A DNA stretch of 64,000 bases from Chrysomallon squamiferum (Eukaryota; Animalia; Mollusca): contig CM022667.1 in NCBI GenBank assembly GCA_012295275.1, forward strand, positions 18,910,001 to 18,974,000. The letters are read 5' to 3'. The translations under genes were made by a program, and so were the position numbers. This document shows, in pieces, positions 39,901 to 54,669 of this stretch (positions are counted from its first letter, which is position 1; each line of letters begins with the position of its first letter). Under the pieces are notes generated by a model. It saw only the letters and a program-made list of their open reading frames with translations, ran no database searches and was not told where the DNA came from.

Positions 39901-42900
39901 TACATTCAGAGTAATCTAGTACAACAACAGTAGTGCAAAAAACTTTACATGTTAAGCTGTTGACAAAAGTCATCAACAAATAATGAAACAAGAAACCCTT
40001 TACTTTGTAAAGTTTAGTTTTTATTTAGTATTTTCTGATGTTTGTTTTCTTGGTTTCACAGTTTCCATGGGACACAGGGAAAGAAGGCTGGGCTGTGCCA
40101 CAAGCTGATGATGGTGAGTGTAACAGTGTAGATTTGATATTTGTTAATGTGTTGTTACCAGGTAAAAAAAAGAAACAAAAAAGCACTGTCTCCAAATAAA
40201 ATAATTTTTTTCTTTTGTTTAGCATACTTTAATTTATAAAAAGTGATAAGATCATGAAATGGTTAATATAGCCGTTATTATGCATTTGTGAAGTGAATGA
40301 AAGTATATATTTAAAAAAAAAAAAAAATATTATTTGTGTTTGAATGAAAACAGGGTTTTTGGATAAAGGTAATTAGTTTTGGGTTGTGTGCTACATTATT
40401 GTTATTCATTTAACAAAATCAGGTGCAAGATACAACCAGAATGACATTGCTGAAACCCGCCAGATGCCACCAATGGCCATCCCACGGTTTGTTCCTGTAA
40501 ATGGAATGCCTTCTATTCCAACCCTGGTACCAGTAGGAACTTACCCCATGGGCGTGCCCCTTGGACAAGTTCCACATGGACAAATGGCTCGGGTAATGCA
40601 CTATCCCCAGTACTGCCACCCACCTGCTGAGTTACTGCAGCCCAATCTCTGTGATGGACATTACAGAGCTGATGTTCCTGCCAAGTGCAATAGCTATGAA
40701 TCTGAAAATTGCGAGCTTCGGGATGTTGTCGTTGATGCAGCATCCAAACCACATGGTCAGCAACAGCCGAAGACTGCTGGAAATTATTCCAACATCCCCC
40801 AGCCTAGTGCAGAGAGGAAAGTTGACAGCGCTGTCAACAGAGCAGTTAATGAAGAAAAACCAGCAAACACCGAAAACAAGAAAGTTGTTGATGAAAATAA
40901 AATCGTAGAAGAAAATGAGAATGTTTCCAAAAGGACTACGGTAAAAAGTAACCTTCCACCTGAAAATGCAGAGTCATCCATCAACAAACCTGGTCAACCA
41001 CAAGACAAAGCAGCAGCTACAGCAGTCACAACAACAACAACAACAACAACACCAGTCACTTGCAGCACCGAGGACTCGGTTGCATTTGGTAAAGATGACC
41101 CTCCACTGCCATCACATGGTGCTACATCTCGCAACTCAGAATCCACCACTCCAGGTGGGGCCCAGGTCCAGTCGTGGGCAGCGCTCTTCAAGAATGAGAA
41201 GACAGCCAATGATGCAAAGGTGACCTACATAGGAGCAGGTGACAGCAACAAAGAGGGGAGCCCACCTATCACTACCAGTAAGAAACCTGAAACAGTAGAG
41301 CTTCCTGTACCAGTATCTCAAGATTCAGCTGCTTCTAAGCTTGGAGGTAACTTTTAATTTTTATAACTAGAAAATGTAGTTGATTCATGACTGAAATTAA
41401 GTTTTACCTTTTCCTGTTATACATTTAACAAAATTTGTATTTTAGCTTTATTAAGTCTCGACATAGAAGATAGTATTAAAGTCAAAATATAATATTAAAA
41501 AAAATAATAATAAAACTGTCGAGGATGTAATTAAAAGATAGACAACTGCAACATATTACTTCAGTCTAGTCGAAGTAATTTTATGTTCTAACTTCAGGAA
41601 CTTGTCTAATGCTAATAATTGCAGCTGTTACACCCAAACTTAATTTTCATCTCTGCATAAATACATAATACTAGAATAGCTTCATAATAAAATTATATTC
41701 TATTAATTGTTGAGATGTTATTTATTTCATAAACATTTGGCGAAGGGTACATTTTTTCTGAATTTCATAATTAGCAGGAGTATTTCTTTTTATCAGAGAA
41801 TGTTTTAAAAATTTATTTTATTTTAATTTATTATTATTTTGTTTTTTTAACAGATTTTCTCCGAAATGTTAAGTTGGATCACAGAGTGATTGCCCTGCAG
41901 CCTCGAGGTCTGGTGAACAGAGGAAACTGGTGCTATATCAATGCTGTATCCTTTCACTGGTGTTGTATTTACATCCACAATGTCAGCTAGTTCAGGCATG
42001 GTTGTTTAAAACTGAATAGAACGTTTCATTTAAAAATGGAATGTCTTTGTCTAAAAACTAGGCCATCTGTACATTAATGTGGAAAATATTCTTTAAATGA
42101 CATTTTGCTAATGATTTAAAAAGGTAGCATCGGAGTACATTGATAATGACCGTTTCTCTAAAATCTGTTAAACAATGATTTTTATTTTTAATTTATACAG
42201 ATTAACTTTTTAATTTAAAAAAGATTATCCACTTTAACTCTGTGTCAGACTCTGCAGGCGCTGGTTGCGTGTCCTCCATTTTATCATCTTCTCAAACAGC
42301 TGTCGACTGCCTCTCTCCTGACTCGTGGACCCAGTTCCACCCCAATTCTTGACAGCTTGTGAGTGCTTTCATTGTGGTTAACTCTTATTAAAGACAGCTT
42401 TCTCATTATTATAATGTCATTTGCAGATGTTATATTTCTTATTAACTAATTTACAAATGATATTTTTCTATATATGAGCTGCCACTACATAACCAATCCA
42501 AAATCTCTAGTTACAGAATAATACTTTTCTTCTTATTATATCATTTACAGTAGATATATTTGTTATTACATCATATATAATAGTGTTAGATATTTGTCTC
42601 TATATTCATTACATATGAGTTTCTGTTTCACAACCAGTCACAAATCTGTTGATACAGTTACAGAATAATCAGTAAAACAAATTCTAGAGGTTAAATTTTA
42701 AAGTGGATTTTCCTTTATAAACTTATTTCTGGTTAAACTGGAAGAACATTATTGTATAATAATCATATCAGAAAATTGTTAAAATTTGTTTTTCCCAAGA
42801 AAGTTTACACTGACACAACATAATTAAAACTACATTGAAGTTTGTGTCATTTCAGAGCCTTCTGTTTATTAAACTTTACAACTAAAAATTAATTAAAAAG

Positions 42901-45900
42901 AATCGCATTGTGCTTCTGAAATGGAAACTGAAACAGTTTCATATATTAACAGTGATTCTTTTGTCACTTATACATAGATAAAAAATGGATATGGATATTT
43001 ATCTATTAAACTAACATTTAAAAAATGGTTCTGTATTTCTAATTTTTATTTTATTTCCAGTGTTGATTTTGTCAAGAAATTTTCTCCAATGACTCGTTCA
43101 AGTAAGTATAATTTTAATTATAATCACTACTGTAAATGTACATTTACATTGGTTACATATATATATTCATATATATGTTGTTGTTTTTTTGTTGCTTTAA
43201 ACAAGGTTATGTGAATTTATAAAGACACATTTATCCAAAACAAATATAAATATTCTGCATTCACTGTACATGCTGATGATTAGACAGATTTCTGTATTTT
43301 TGTGCACAGAACAGCTTCATCATTTCTTTCTCCTTTTTTTTTTTACTGTATTTATTTAAATAAATTACTTGTTATTTGCATATATATATAATAATTCAAA
43401 ATTTCACACAGACATCTATTCAGTTTAATCTGGCCATCATTTCATGACCATTACATACAGTGATTTTATATGCATGTGTGCATGTTTCTATAAAGATTCT
43501 ACAGCTAACTATTTTTATTTTTATTTACAGGTGGTTCAAGAAACAAAAGAAATGCAGAGTTAGTACCTGGAAGTCCATTTGAACCAGATAAGATCTATCA
43601 GATGTTGCAGGTTATTCAGGCAAACCACTGTTTCAAGGTAGGTTGGACATAAACTTCTTAAGTTATTCACGATCTTTGCATGATTTTATTAAAAGTGTTT
43701 GAAAAATGTCTCTATATATATACATATATATACTAATCATTTTGGTTAATGTTTGAGAGATACCAAAATGGTGGTTGTCAGTGATGTCATTAAAAATAAC
43801 TTTATTGTATTTCTGGTTTGAAAGTTTTTCTTCTTTTATATTAGAATTTAGATTGAAACATATGTTGTTAAAATCCTTTTGACTAACTTCCATCTCTACC
43901 CCAGTATAAATAAACATAAATAAACAATTTTAACTTTCTTTCAAGTTGAAAATGACAACCTCAGACTATTTTCATTATTTTTATTTAGTTATTTCAGATC
44001 TTCACGTAAGTCCTGTTTTCCATTTTGCTGTTGATAACTGCAGTGTTAATTTTATTTATTGTCATTTGATATTGAAATATAATTAATATTAAGATATCAC
44101 TGTAGTTGATTTTTTTTTTTTTTTTCTCGTTCAGTGTTCACATAATGCATCATGCATTGATTTTTTTTTTTTTTTTCATGTTTGATGCATCATGCATTAA
44201 TTTCAAATGTGTTACAGCTTGGCAAACAAGAAGATGCTGAAGAATTTCTCAGCTGTATTCTGGATGGACTGCATGAAGAAATGGCTGCTGCTATCAGCGC
44301 TGTCACCAACAACACCCCAGGTAGAGTCAACTCTCTGACCAGTTTACAATTGTTTATATTTCAGTGCAGGTCTCTAGAACTTGTTTTCATGTCAAAGGGT
44401 TGATTTTATTCACACATCAGCTCAGAAACTGTCATCAGATCTTTAAGGAAGAAGTAAAAATAAAAACTCTGAAATATCATAATTATGTAAAAAAAAATAC
44501 AAAATATCAAGAATCTCTTAAAATAATGCAGTGAAATACATAGATGTATGTATCCATTAATCAGTCACTCACACTTTCTCTCTCTTTCAGACACAAAGAC
44601 ACACAGACAAATATATAGTTGTAATATATTTGGCTTTTAAACAGAGACATTCAGTTCTAATATGTTTGAATTATAAAAATTTAGATAACAGTGATTCATC
44701 GTAGCTGATGAGTCAGGTTGTGTGGTAGACGTGTTGAAAGCTAACGTGGTGTGTTTAATAAAGGATTGTTTTGTCTGCTAGTGAATGGAATGGTTCAGCC
44801 TAACGGCTTCATCGAGGACGAGGAGGTGGATGAAGAAGATGAGGAATCGTGGCAGCAAGTTGGACCCAAGAAGAAAAGTGTCCACACGAGAAGAGTGAGT
44901 TTCGTTATTTAATAATTATTTGTAAATTACTGTTGGTTGCTAAAATTAATTTTTAAATTATTCTTAATATGTAAACCGCCGAAAGTTATTAATTAGTCAG
45001 TCGGCGAGTTGTGTCTTGATGTTAATTTATCTGCTGGAGTACCTGAAGATTTTGACACCTCACAGAGTCACAACAGATGTATGTGGTATATTGTACTTCA
45101 TTTTCAGTGGTCTGATCACATCTGTTTCTAACATTGTTCAGTTACTATGTTTCTGTTCTCTCTTATCTATAGTCTCTTTTGTCATCGTTTCTTCTCTGAC
45201 ATTGAAATGACTTGTCATTTAATAATTTGACAGCTAATGAAAATTATAATACTGGCCTTAATATTGTTATTTAATTTGTGGATATTTATTGTTTTCATGT
45301 TTTGTTTTTCCCATCAGGCGACCTTTGCTAAGACTCCTATTGGTGATATATTTGCTGGTCAGATCCGATCCGCTGTGTACAAGTCTACAGCTGCTGTAGA
45401 GTCAGCGACACTGCAACCTTTCTTCACTCTGCAGCTAGACATTCAGGTTTGTCTCTTGTCTCTAACAGTCACTTCAAACAAACATCCTCTTTCCAGAAAT
45501 ATCTCTCAGTTTGGGAATCATTTTCTTTCTTTCTTTTTCTTTTAATATAGTTCATTTCATTTTACTGCTCTTGTTGTTGTTATTAAAAGCAGTTTTATTA
45601 TCAAAACATAATAATATGAAATTGACTACTTTTAAAATTATTTTTCTTGCAGTGTCTTAAAATATTCAGTTAGTGATTTCCATAAACCCTTCCCTTCTAA
45701 ACTTCTAAAAAATGCTCTATGTATTTTATTCTGTGAACTTTTTATCTCCTAACATTAACAACCTCAGCTCACCTAACTCTTTTGGTAGTTGTTCTCTTGA
45801 TATAAGATAAACTCTGGATAACTTTCATAGATTTGCAGTATTTTAGATTGAATATATAATTCTGAAATATCAGTAGATCATAATTACACTAAGTTCAAAC

Positions 45901-47493
45901 AGTTTTCATCCTGTTTGCTTCACTGCCTGTTCTCACAGACTTAATCAGTCTTAAACTATGTTACTTCTGATAACATTAAAAATATGCAGTGATATTTTTA
46001 TTCACTATAAATCAGAAGAAAAAAAAATGTGATGACCTTTTTCCTTTTACCTATACAGTAATACAGTATTCATATTCCAGGCCTCTCCTTGTGTTGATAG
46101 AGATTTTTTTGTGATTGAAATTTAAGTTTTAATCACATTATTAAAATCTCATATTTCTATTAATGTGATGTTAATATTTATTTGTTTGTTTGTTTGTTTA
46201 TTATTATTTTTATTTTGTTTCAGAATGACAACATCTGGACAGTGTGTGATGCTCTTGATGGTCTGGTGTGCAAGGAGCAAGTTCATGGATACACCTGTCC
46301 AAAGACAAAGGAGGAAGTCAGTTTTCCATATTTCACATCATTTTACATTAATTGTATTTCAGTTTTCTTACAACTACAGTAATTTTCAACCAGTTTTTGC
46401 TAGGAATTTCTTTTTTTTTCTGTTTTTTTCTCCACTCTATAATGTTTTTTACGTTACATTGCATGAAACTGGTTCATCAGAGAGTAGATTTATAAATAAC
46501 ATAAAGATAAAAAAAAATATTTTTTGACCTTTATATATACAATATCAGTACCTGTTTTCTTTATGATGAAAAGGTTGAAATTTACAGTACTGAAAGTTAT
46601 TTTGCAATTAGTATCATCTGTAAAATATTTAGTTCCAGTAATGGAGATGATTGAAATACCATTTTATTTGTGACAGAAACAGTTTAACTATTGTTGCTTT
46701 TTCTCCAGGTTGAAGCTGCAAGGAAGATAACTCTGGAAGAACTTCCTTCAGTTCTGATTCTTCATCTGAAATGCTTCGTGTATGATCAGAAGGGTGGCTG
46801 TCAGAAGCTGCTGAAGAAAATTGACTTTGAAGTTAGTCTTCAAATCAAAAAGGGTATTAAATTATTCTTTTTATTTCATTAATGAAAATATGTCTTCCTT
46901 TTTGTAAGAAAGACTTGCCTGTCATTTTATATTTCAAGGGATAAAATATTCCTGTGTGTGTTTTTTTTTTTAATTTTTTTTTGTTTTTTTTAAATTATTT
47001 GTGCATGACAATGTGTTACATTTCAAAGTCTGTTGTCTTTGTGTTCCTGTGATTGAAAAACGAGTATATAAAAAAGTTTCTTGCTACCAAATGAAGACTA
47101 TTATCAAAATGGCTGACTTTGACACGTGCTGGTAGAAAATGTGCTGTAATTAAACTGCATACACTTTTATAAAAATTAACTTCTATCTATCTTATGGTAG
47201 TTTCTGATAGTCAGCATTTTCAAAAGAATAAAATATTTGGATTATAAAGTTTTCTTTTTATAGTGATAAAAACAGTTATGGTGCAGTTGATATCCTGCTT
47301 TAAAATCTGATCAAGGAAGATGTGTAAATACCAAAGTAGTTTCCAGGTAAATGATAATCTGACAAATCTGCAAAGACAAATATGTGGAAATTTATCACGT
47401 TTTTCTTCAATTTCAGAAATGTTGTCAGCAACAGCTAAGTCCAAAGTGCAGGCTGCACACAGAACCTACAAACTATTTGCTGGTACAGTTTGT

Positions 47494-47528
<35 letters not shown>

Positions 47529-48259
47529 TTGTTGTTGTTGTTGTTGTTACTGTTTTTGAGATAATTCTTGCAGTAATTCAACTGATAAATGAGTATTAGC
47601 TTTCTGACTCGAGCAGTAATAATAGTTTGGAAATGAGATTATTTGTAATTTAAATTCTTATGATATATACATATGCAGGAACTCATTTTATGTGTTTTTG
47701 AGGTGTTTTTCTTAGTCTTGCTTTAATTATGTATGTGTTTTTCAACTGTTTTTTTTTTTTTTTCCTATCATTTTAAAACATTTATATTACTGTTATATTT
47801 CTTTCTTTTTTTTCTTTTTTCTTTTTTTTTGCAGCTGTATCTTTATTTTGTTACATTTCATTGTTTCAGTTTTGTTATTGTTTCATACTGTTATCATACA
47901 TAAATAAATTCCATTATATTTTATTTTAATTATTTCAGCTTTACCTTTTTATTTGCTTAAATTGATTTTTTTTTTTATATTTCTTTTTTTTTTTTTTTTT
48001 GTCTTCAGACTGTCAACAATAAAATGACTCGTTTTATTATTTTCATTTTCATTTTTCAATTTGTCCTCTAGTTGTCTTTCATCATGGTAAGAACGCTACA
48101 GGTGGACACTACACAACAAACGTGTACCATCCTGGAATCAACAGCTGGGTTCAGATTGATGATTCTCGCATCCAGACCGTCTCAGTCGAGCAGGTTTTGA
48201 AGTTCGCGTCCCCACGGATGCCATATTTATTGTATTATCGACGTATTGATCTTGCTTGA
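36983..48259 (+). CDS. USP10: Ubiquitin carboxyl-terminal hydrolase 10 (USP10/Ubp3 family), ~758 aa
   Basis: Exons: 36983-37000, 39486-39581, 40062-40113, 40423-41346, 41854-41945, 42249-42358, 43061-43101, 43531-43637, 44218-44320, 44782-44894, 45318-45446, 46224-46316, 46709-46853, 47417-47482, 48072-48259. All phases are compatible (2277 nt). Motifs: N-terminal FGDF (G3BP-binding), SWAALF, Cys box [36 protein letters not shown], His box [23 protein letters not shown]. The 18-nt first exon (MESSEQ) is the least certain part. Confidence 0.95.
41946..42248 (+). other. U12-type (minor spliceosome) GT-AG intron in USP10
   Basis: The 5' splice site GTATCCTTT matches the U12 consensus RTATCCTTT. 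A branch-like TCCACTTTAAC lies at 42228-42238, 10 nt before the intron end, with no long pyrimidine tract. Confidence 0.88.
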
Positions 48260-50602
48260 GTCCTGACACACCCAGCCCAACCCACATCAAGTTTATCTCG
48301 TTATCGATAGTGTGTGTGCAACAATGGTCCACACACAGAGAAATATTCAATAAAATGAATGATGTTTTGTGTACAAAGAATATATTAATTTGTGAACTAT
48401 TATAGATGATGTTAATGTATACATAATCATTGAAGAAACAGCTTTTTTTTATTGTTATTGGAAATAATTCTGAAGAATAATTTTTTTGTCTTTATTGGAA
48501 GGGAGAATAAGAGGGATAAAAACAAAAAACAACTGTGTAAATGTCTGAAGATCTTTTGAAAAAACAACAAAAGCAAAACAAAAAAAAAGAAAGAAATTAT
48601 GCCAATTTGTTTGAGTGGTTATTAGTGGTGTTATTTCTGTTTGTTTAACTATTTGGAACCATAAGTCAAAGTAATGGCAGCGTTGCAGTAATTCATAGAC
48701 GACTGTTTTATATTTGTAGAAAATATTAGGTGAAAATTAGAAACATCATGCAAAAGGAGAAAATATTTCAAGGAATGATGTTTTCACGGAGATAAAAAAA
48801 ATGGATGATTTCCGGATTTGAAAAGAAAAAAGACGTGTTGACTCAGAATTGTCTAAGATATATATATATATAGATATATATATATACACACACAAATATA
48901 CACACGTGTACAGTAAAACCATGAAATATGTATAGACGTTTATATAGGTTAATTGTGATCTCAGTGAGGTAAGCCAGAATATTAAAACACTTGGTCACTG
49001 AAATCTTTCAGTGTTGTTATATCATTATCAGTTTGTGACAGCAAATATTTTAAATACAAGGACTTTTTTCACACGTTTTGGTTTTAATTTTATTAATTTC
49101 TTAAATTTAAATATTTCTTTTTTGAAAACATGAATATAATAAAGAGTACATCTGTAAAGTTTGTGTCTGAATAGCATTGGTTATGTTCAGAGCTGTTGTT
49201 TATGTAATACGGGCTTAGTCAATTTTATTTAAAACTTAAACATACAAACATTTGTAAATTATTGGTGTAAATCTTGCAGTCGAAGAATGTGATTTTTATC
49301 CAGTTAGAATGGTGAACTGAAACGGTAATCAAACAACAAAAACTGACTTCAGAAGGAGGAGTTAAATTATACCTTTTTACAGTATGCATTTTGTAAATGT
49401 ACCCTTAATTTATATCTTTAGTACAGTAAGTAACATGGAAGAGGCTAATTGAATATGTAACACAGTATAAATATTAACAATTTTAGTATCATAGTCCTTT
49501 GTACAAGACATGCGCAAATTCACGACCAGTGTGGTCTGTAACAGAATTAGTTCACGTCTCATGTATTGTTAGCTACGGAATTACAAAGTAATAGGACAAA
49601 AACCACAGTCATTTAGAAGCTAATTAAGTGTAATTTCAGTATTTCAGAGACTTGCAGAGTGTTTTGAGGATTTTCTTTTCTTGTAGCCTACCTCAAGTGA
49701 GAAATAACAACACAGTGACCATTCCCAGCTCTTTACATCTGAACTTGTGCATAATGACTCCTTAAAAAAAAAATTAAAAAAAAAAAAGTTTTATTACAAG
49801 ATTTTAGGTTTTTTTTGGTTTGTTTGTTGTTGGGTTTTTTTCTTACTGCAAAGGTGAATCCAGGATTTCAGAAATAATTGCAGAGCACCATCACTGGAGG
49901 TTGTGAGTTTCAAGATGTAATGAATTATAAATGATGTGGTTTGTGAAAAAGGTAATGCAAGCCATGGATGCTTTTCCTTGGATCGTTACATGCAGTGTGA
50001 AGATTCATGGTGGTTGTTTCTGCTTAACAAAATGTCCACCAGTGATGACATTATATTCTTTCTTTTTTTTTTTTTTTTTTTTTTTTTTTTGATGTATACG
50101 ATTAAGAATTTTATAAACTTGCATATGTGGTAAACTGATAAATATCATGATGTAGGTAACTGCAGTTTTATCAAAAAGCTGAGATTTTTGTACAGAATGT
50201 TTTTAATTTTTATATATATTACTGAATTACTATATCATACTAAAACCATACATTTTGTATTATGAGTTTGCTTTTTTCTCTTTCCTTAAAGAAAAATGAT
50301 ACAGATATGAATGAATTTCAATTCAAGGCGATGCAGAAATAGGGTACTCTTGGGAGCATGTAGGGATTACATTTGTAGATCATTAGTTTCTTCTTTTTTT
50401 GTGTGCCTTGATTTTCATCAGATTTTTATTTGTAGTACATGTACTTTGAATTTTTACGTTTATTTTGTTTATTTATTATAAGAACATGTAACATTTTTAT
50501 TGTTATTCAAGTTCAGTAACATGGAATGGACAGTTTAAAAAATATTGCATTTATCATTGGTTTATCATTTTTGAAAGTCCCATTTTATTTTTTTTATTTA
50601 AC

Positions 50603-50639
<37 letters not shown>

Positions 50640-52959
50640 GTAATCTCTTGCAAAATGTTGGCCAAACATTTTAAACAAAAACAAAATCCATAAAATCACA
50701 CGCATTTACATGTTTTGAACAAATTTTGGTAAGGAAAATTGTTTAATATTCTCATCTTATTTTCGAAATTAGTGGCAATAAATTATAATTATTTTTTACA
50801 ATTCACTTTACAAATAAAATCATCAAAGTTATTTCTAAATGTGAATTTGCAAAAATTACTTAGTAATTTGGACATAAATTAAACAATATTTACAATAAAA
50901 AATATAAAACCAAGATTCTGAATTTAAAAAATTGATAAAGTAATCAAGAGTCAAATAAAATTTATTAGTTACCTTTTACGAATTTAAAATTCTGAATTAG
51001 AAAATTGTACATTTCTTTTGTTTTTGTTTTGTTTAATGTGCATATATGTATATGTATGTGCACATGGGTGTGTGTGAGAAAAATAAAACATTACAAATGT
51101 TTATGTATGAATGTACATTACATCTGCACCAAACTTTGAAATAAGTTTTTACATTTATGTGTGATGTTCAATTTGACAAGAAAAAAAAAGAAACACAAAG
51201 CTTTTTTTTTTTCTTCTTCTTCACATGCATGACCATGTTTTGTTTTGAAAGTTTGTGCAAAGTTTTTATCATGGACTTAATTTCTCCATGTGGATTTCGT
51301 TTTATATATTAGTCCTTGAATTGTTCTCTCATATTATTTGAATATCTCTGATTCCAGTGTGTAGCCCCATGTTCTTAAATCAGATTTTCATATGTGCAGA
51401 TCTAATACAAATAATATATTATATGCTCATTTATTTTCATAAACTATGTTTATATCATTCAAAGATAAACCATGATGGACTATTTATGATTTGACCTCAT
51501 GTGAAAATTTGACTTGCATGGGATTGTTATTTGCTTATATTAATAAAAGTCTTCATATGAAATCTGTTGTTTGTTGTTGTTTTTTTGTTTTTTGTTGTTG
51601 GATCTTGGTTAGCAACAGTTGAGACAATGGTCAAAAAGCAGCTTTTAATTAACTCTAAAATCAACTTTATTACTATCAGTCTCAACAGATGCTTTAAAAA
51701 CGACAACATACGCCATCAGAAGGAATTTTAACAAAATATAATTTGATAATTGAAAGCGAACTGCAAAATGTGGAATACAGTAAATCAAATGTTAACATTA
51801 AAAAACATTTCAATAACATGATAATTATGTACAATTTGCCAAAAGTATTTTCAACATAATGAAACGAGCATTTTAAATCTTGAATGTCTTCACTGTATTT
51901 TTTTGTCATATTAGTAAAGAATAAACAAAATTTTAACAAAAACCTTGTTTAATTTAAACATCTTTAAAATGTGTTGCGTGTTTAAAATATGGTACATTAA
52001 AGAAATTCATTAATTCAAAAAATAAATAACAGACAATTTTTTAAAAACAAACTGTATTTAAATAAAGTTTTCAATGAAACTGTATTTGTCATTAAATTTA
52101 AAACAACAACAAAAAATTATAAATATGACAAAAGTATTATTCCGTGAAACAACATCTGATTTAAACATTTATAAATACAATGAAAGAAAAACAAAATTCT
52201 TGGAATGAGACGATTTATAAGAAATAAAATTTCTCATTTTCAAATAAAGCCAGCAGTATGTTATTTCTACTTAGATCTCCTTTGCCTTTGACTTTATACT
52301 TAAAACAGTGGGGATATTTGTGATGTACAAGGAGTAGTAGAAATAGTATTATTTATATTTCTACCAAAACCTCAGCCTAAGAGATACAATTTGTATTTAA
52401 ATAATTATTACAATAAAAACAAAATTGCAGTAATTAAGTAGAAAAAACTTTTAAAAATAATTTGGATTAATCAATCCATTATATTTCAACTTAAAAGTGA
52501 ATTGGCACAAAACTAATTATTACTTAAATTGCTGAATATGCAACTGCTTCAATTCATAGATTTTTAATCGTAGATTTCATCTTGACAAAAATTGTTGATA
52601 ATTACCAATTAAATGATTTTTTTTCCCTTTAAATGATTCAAACTGATCCTAGTGGCTTCTCACACATTTTGATCAAAAGAAAAAGAAATGGAGGAAAAGC
52701 AGTGACTAAACATTTCATGTGTATTTAATTATAATTCTGATTTGTGCATCAAGGATCAAAAACACAAATGAAATCTTTGCAAAACATCACAGTGAAACAA
52801 AGAAATGACAGACTATCCTAACTGCCTATGAATATCAGTGAAACACAGTACACATTTTAGATCATGATTCAAGACTGTTTAACAATGAAACACTGAAGAC
52901 TGTTTAGCTAATGGATCAATATGAGTGATATTTAAATTTAACATGAATCTAGATATAGG

Positions 52960-53155
52960 TCAATGAAACCTAGCTGATAGAATGTGGATCAAAATGGGTG
53001 ACAGTGAAACCTAGCAGTGTATGAATAAACATGCATGGCCTTGAAGCCTAGCAGACAATATAAGTGGTGGATAAAGATGTATGACAACAGAACCTCCAGT
53101 CAGTTTAGATTGGTGGATACAAAATGTGTGACTGTGCAACCTAGCAGACTAATCG
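52960..53155. repeat. Degenerate ~40-47-bp repeat (~5 copies) just 3' of the GPAA1 stop
   Basis: Recurring AACCTAGCAG and GTGGAT(A)CAAAATGTGTGAC motifs. Confidence 0.65.
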
Positions 53156-53165
53156 GTACTGAGGA

Positions 53166-53629
53166 TCATGATGTGTGGCAGTTTGGGATTGCCCAGAAGA
53201 GAAGCCAGCAAGGAAAAATGTTAAAACTGAGCACAGTGTACACCCAGCTACCAAAGAAACACTGATCTAGCAGCCTCATCACAATCATCTGTTTTAAAAC
53301 CGTCCACGCCTTCACAATGAGATCAACAGCGCCATCGTACTGTTCATTATTTAGTGTCAGTGACACCACGGCAGCAGCAAACAACAGACACAGAGGTGAG
53401 GTCAACAGCAGCAGCAACTTTTGTAGTAGAAACAAGCTTCTGAAAAAACCCACAAAAAAAACTGTAAGACACTGAACTGCTTGAACAGGCATCCACACAC
53501 AGGAAAACACACAGGCACATATTTTCACACATACATATAAAATACAGTTATATCCATATATAAATATTAAGCTTAAATCTGCAACCAAGTTATGTCTTTG
53601 TTTATATTACATACCCAAACCAAATATTC

Positions 53630-53664
<35 letters not shown>

Positions 53665-53689
53665 TATATTATTATTTTAAAAATTATAC

Positions 53690-53756
<67 letters not shown>

Positions 53757-54635
53757 AGGATTATCATATTTATTGTTTTAATTTCATTTTCACAGAAATA
53801 GTAACAAAAGTCAACAAAATTTATGAATGTTCGTGTCTTACCTTCTTTTTGTTGGGTGTACCAGTGATGACACAGGAACCATGGTTACAGCAAGAAAGAA
53901 TGCCAGAGATATGTTCATGAGGGCAATGGAGAAGAGAATCAATCCGAGGTAAATCAAAGCTACACACTTCAACAGCTGCCAGTCAATGTAAAACCTTTCT
54001 GGGTCATCAGATTTCCTAAGATGTGAAATGAAATGAAATGAAATGAAATAAAATAAAATAAAATAAAATAAAATAAAATAAAATAAAATAAAAAAAGTAA
54101 ATAAAATAAAATAAAATAAAATAAAATAAAATAAAGTATGTAAGTATGTAAGAAAGTAAGTAAGGAATAAAAAAATAAATTAATAATAATGTCAATAATA
54201 ATACCATTAATAACAGTAACAATTGTAATGATAGTTTTAGTAACTGAGAATAGTAGTAGTAGTAGTACTAGAAGTCATAGTAATAATAATAACAGATGTT
54301 TTTAATAAGAGAGAACTTTAGAATGAATAGTCTGAGTAGTAGAAGTAGCAATAATAATAATTTAAAAAAATATATAAATAAATAACTTTTTAAAAAATAT
54401 ATAGATAAATGGAAAATATATTAATGTTAGTTCTGTGTAAAGTAATAAACAGTATTACATTTCTGAAATTTTCTGATAATATGCTATAGTAAACTTGTAG
54501 TAATACTATACATCTGTATTAATGTGGGTACATTGCACAGGTCTCAGTGTGAACTTGTTAACTTAGCATTACGTATCTGTGTAACTGTCTATCTGCCATA
54601 AATATAAATATTTAAATACATCCTGTCTGAATCTG

Positions 54636-54669
<34 letters not shown>

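Noticed and set aside
40460-40500. PAM2-like motif in USP10 (PMAIPRFVP)
   Set aside because: Only the FVP end resembles the PAM2 consensus. The L-N-P-x-A-x-E part is missing, so it cannot be supported.
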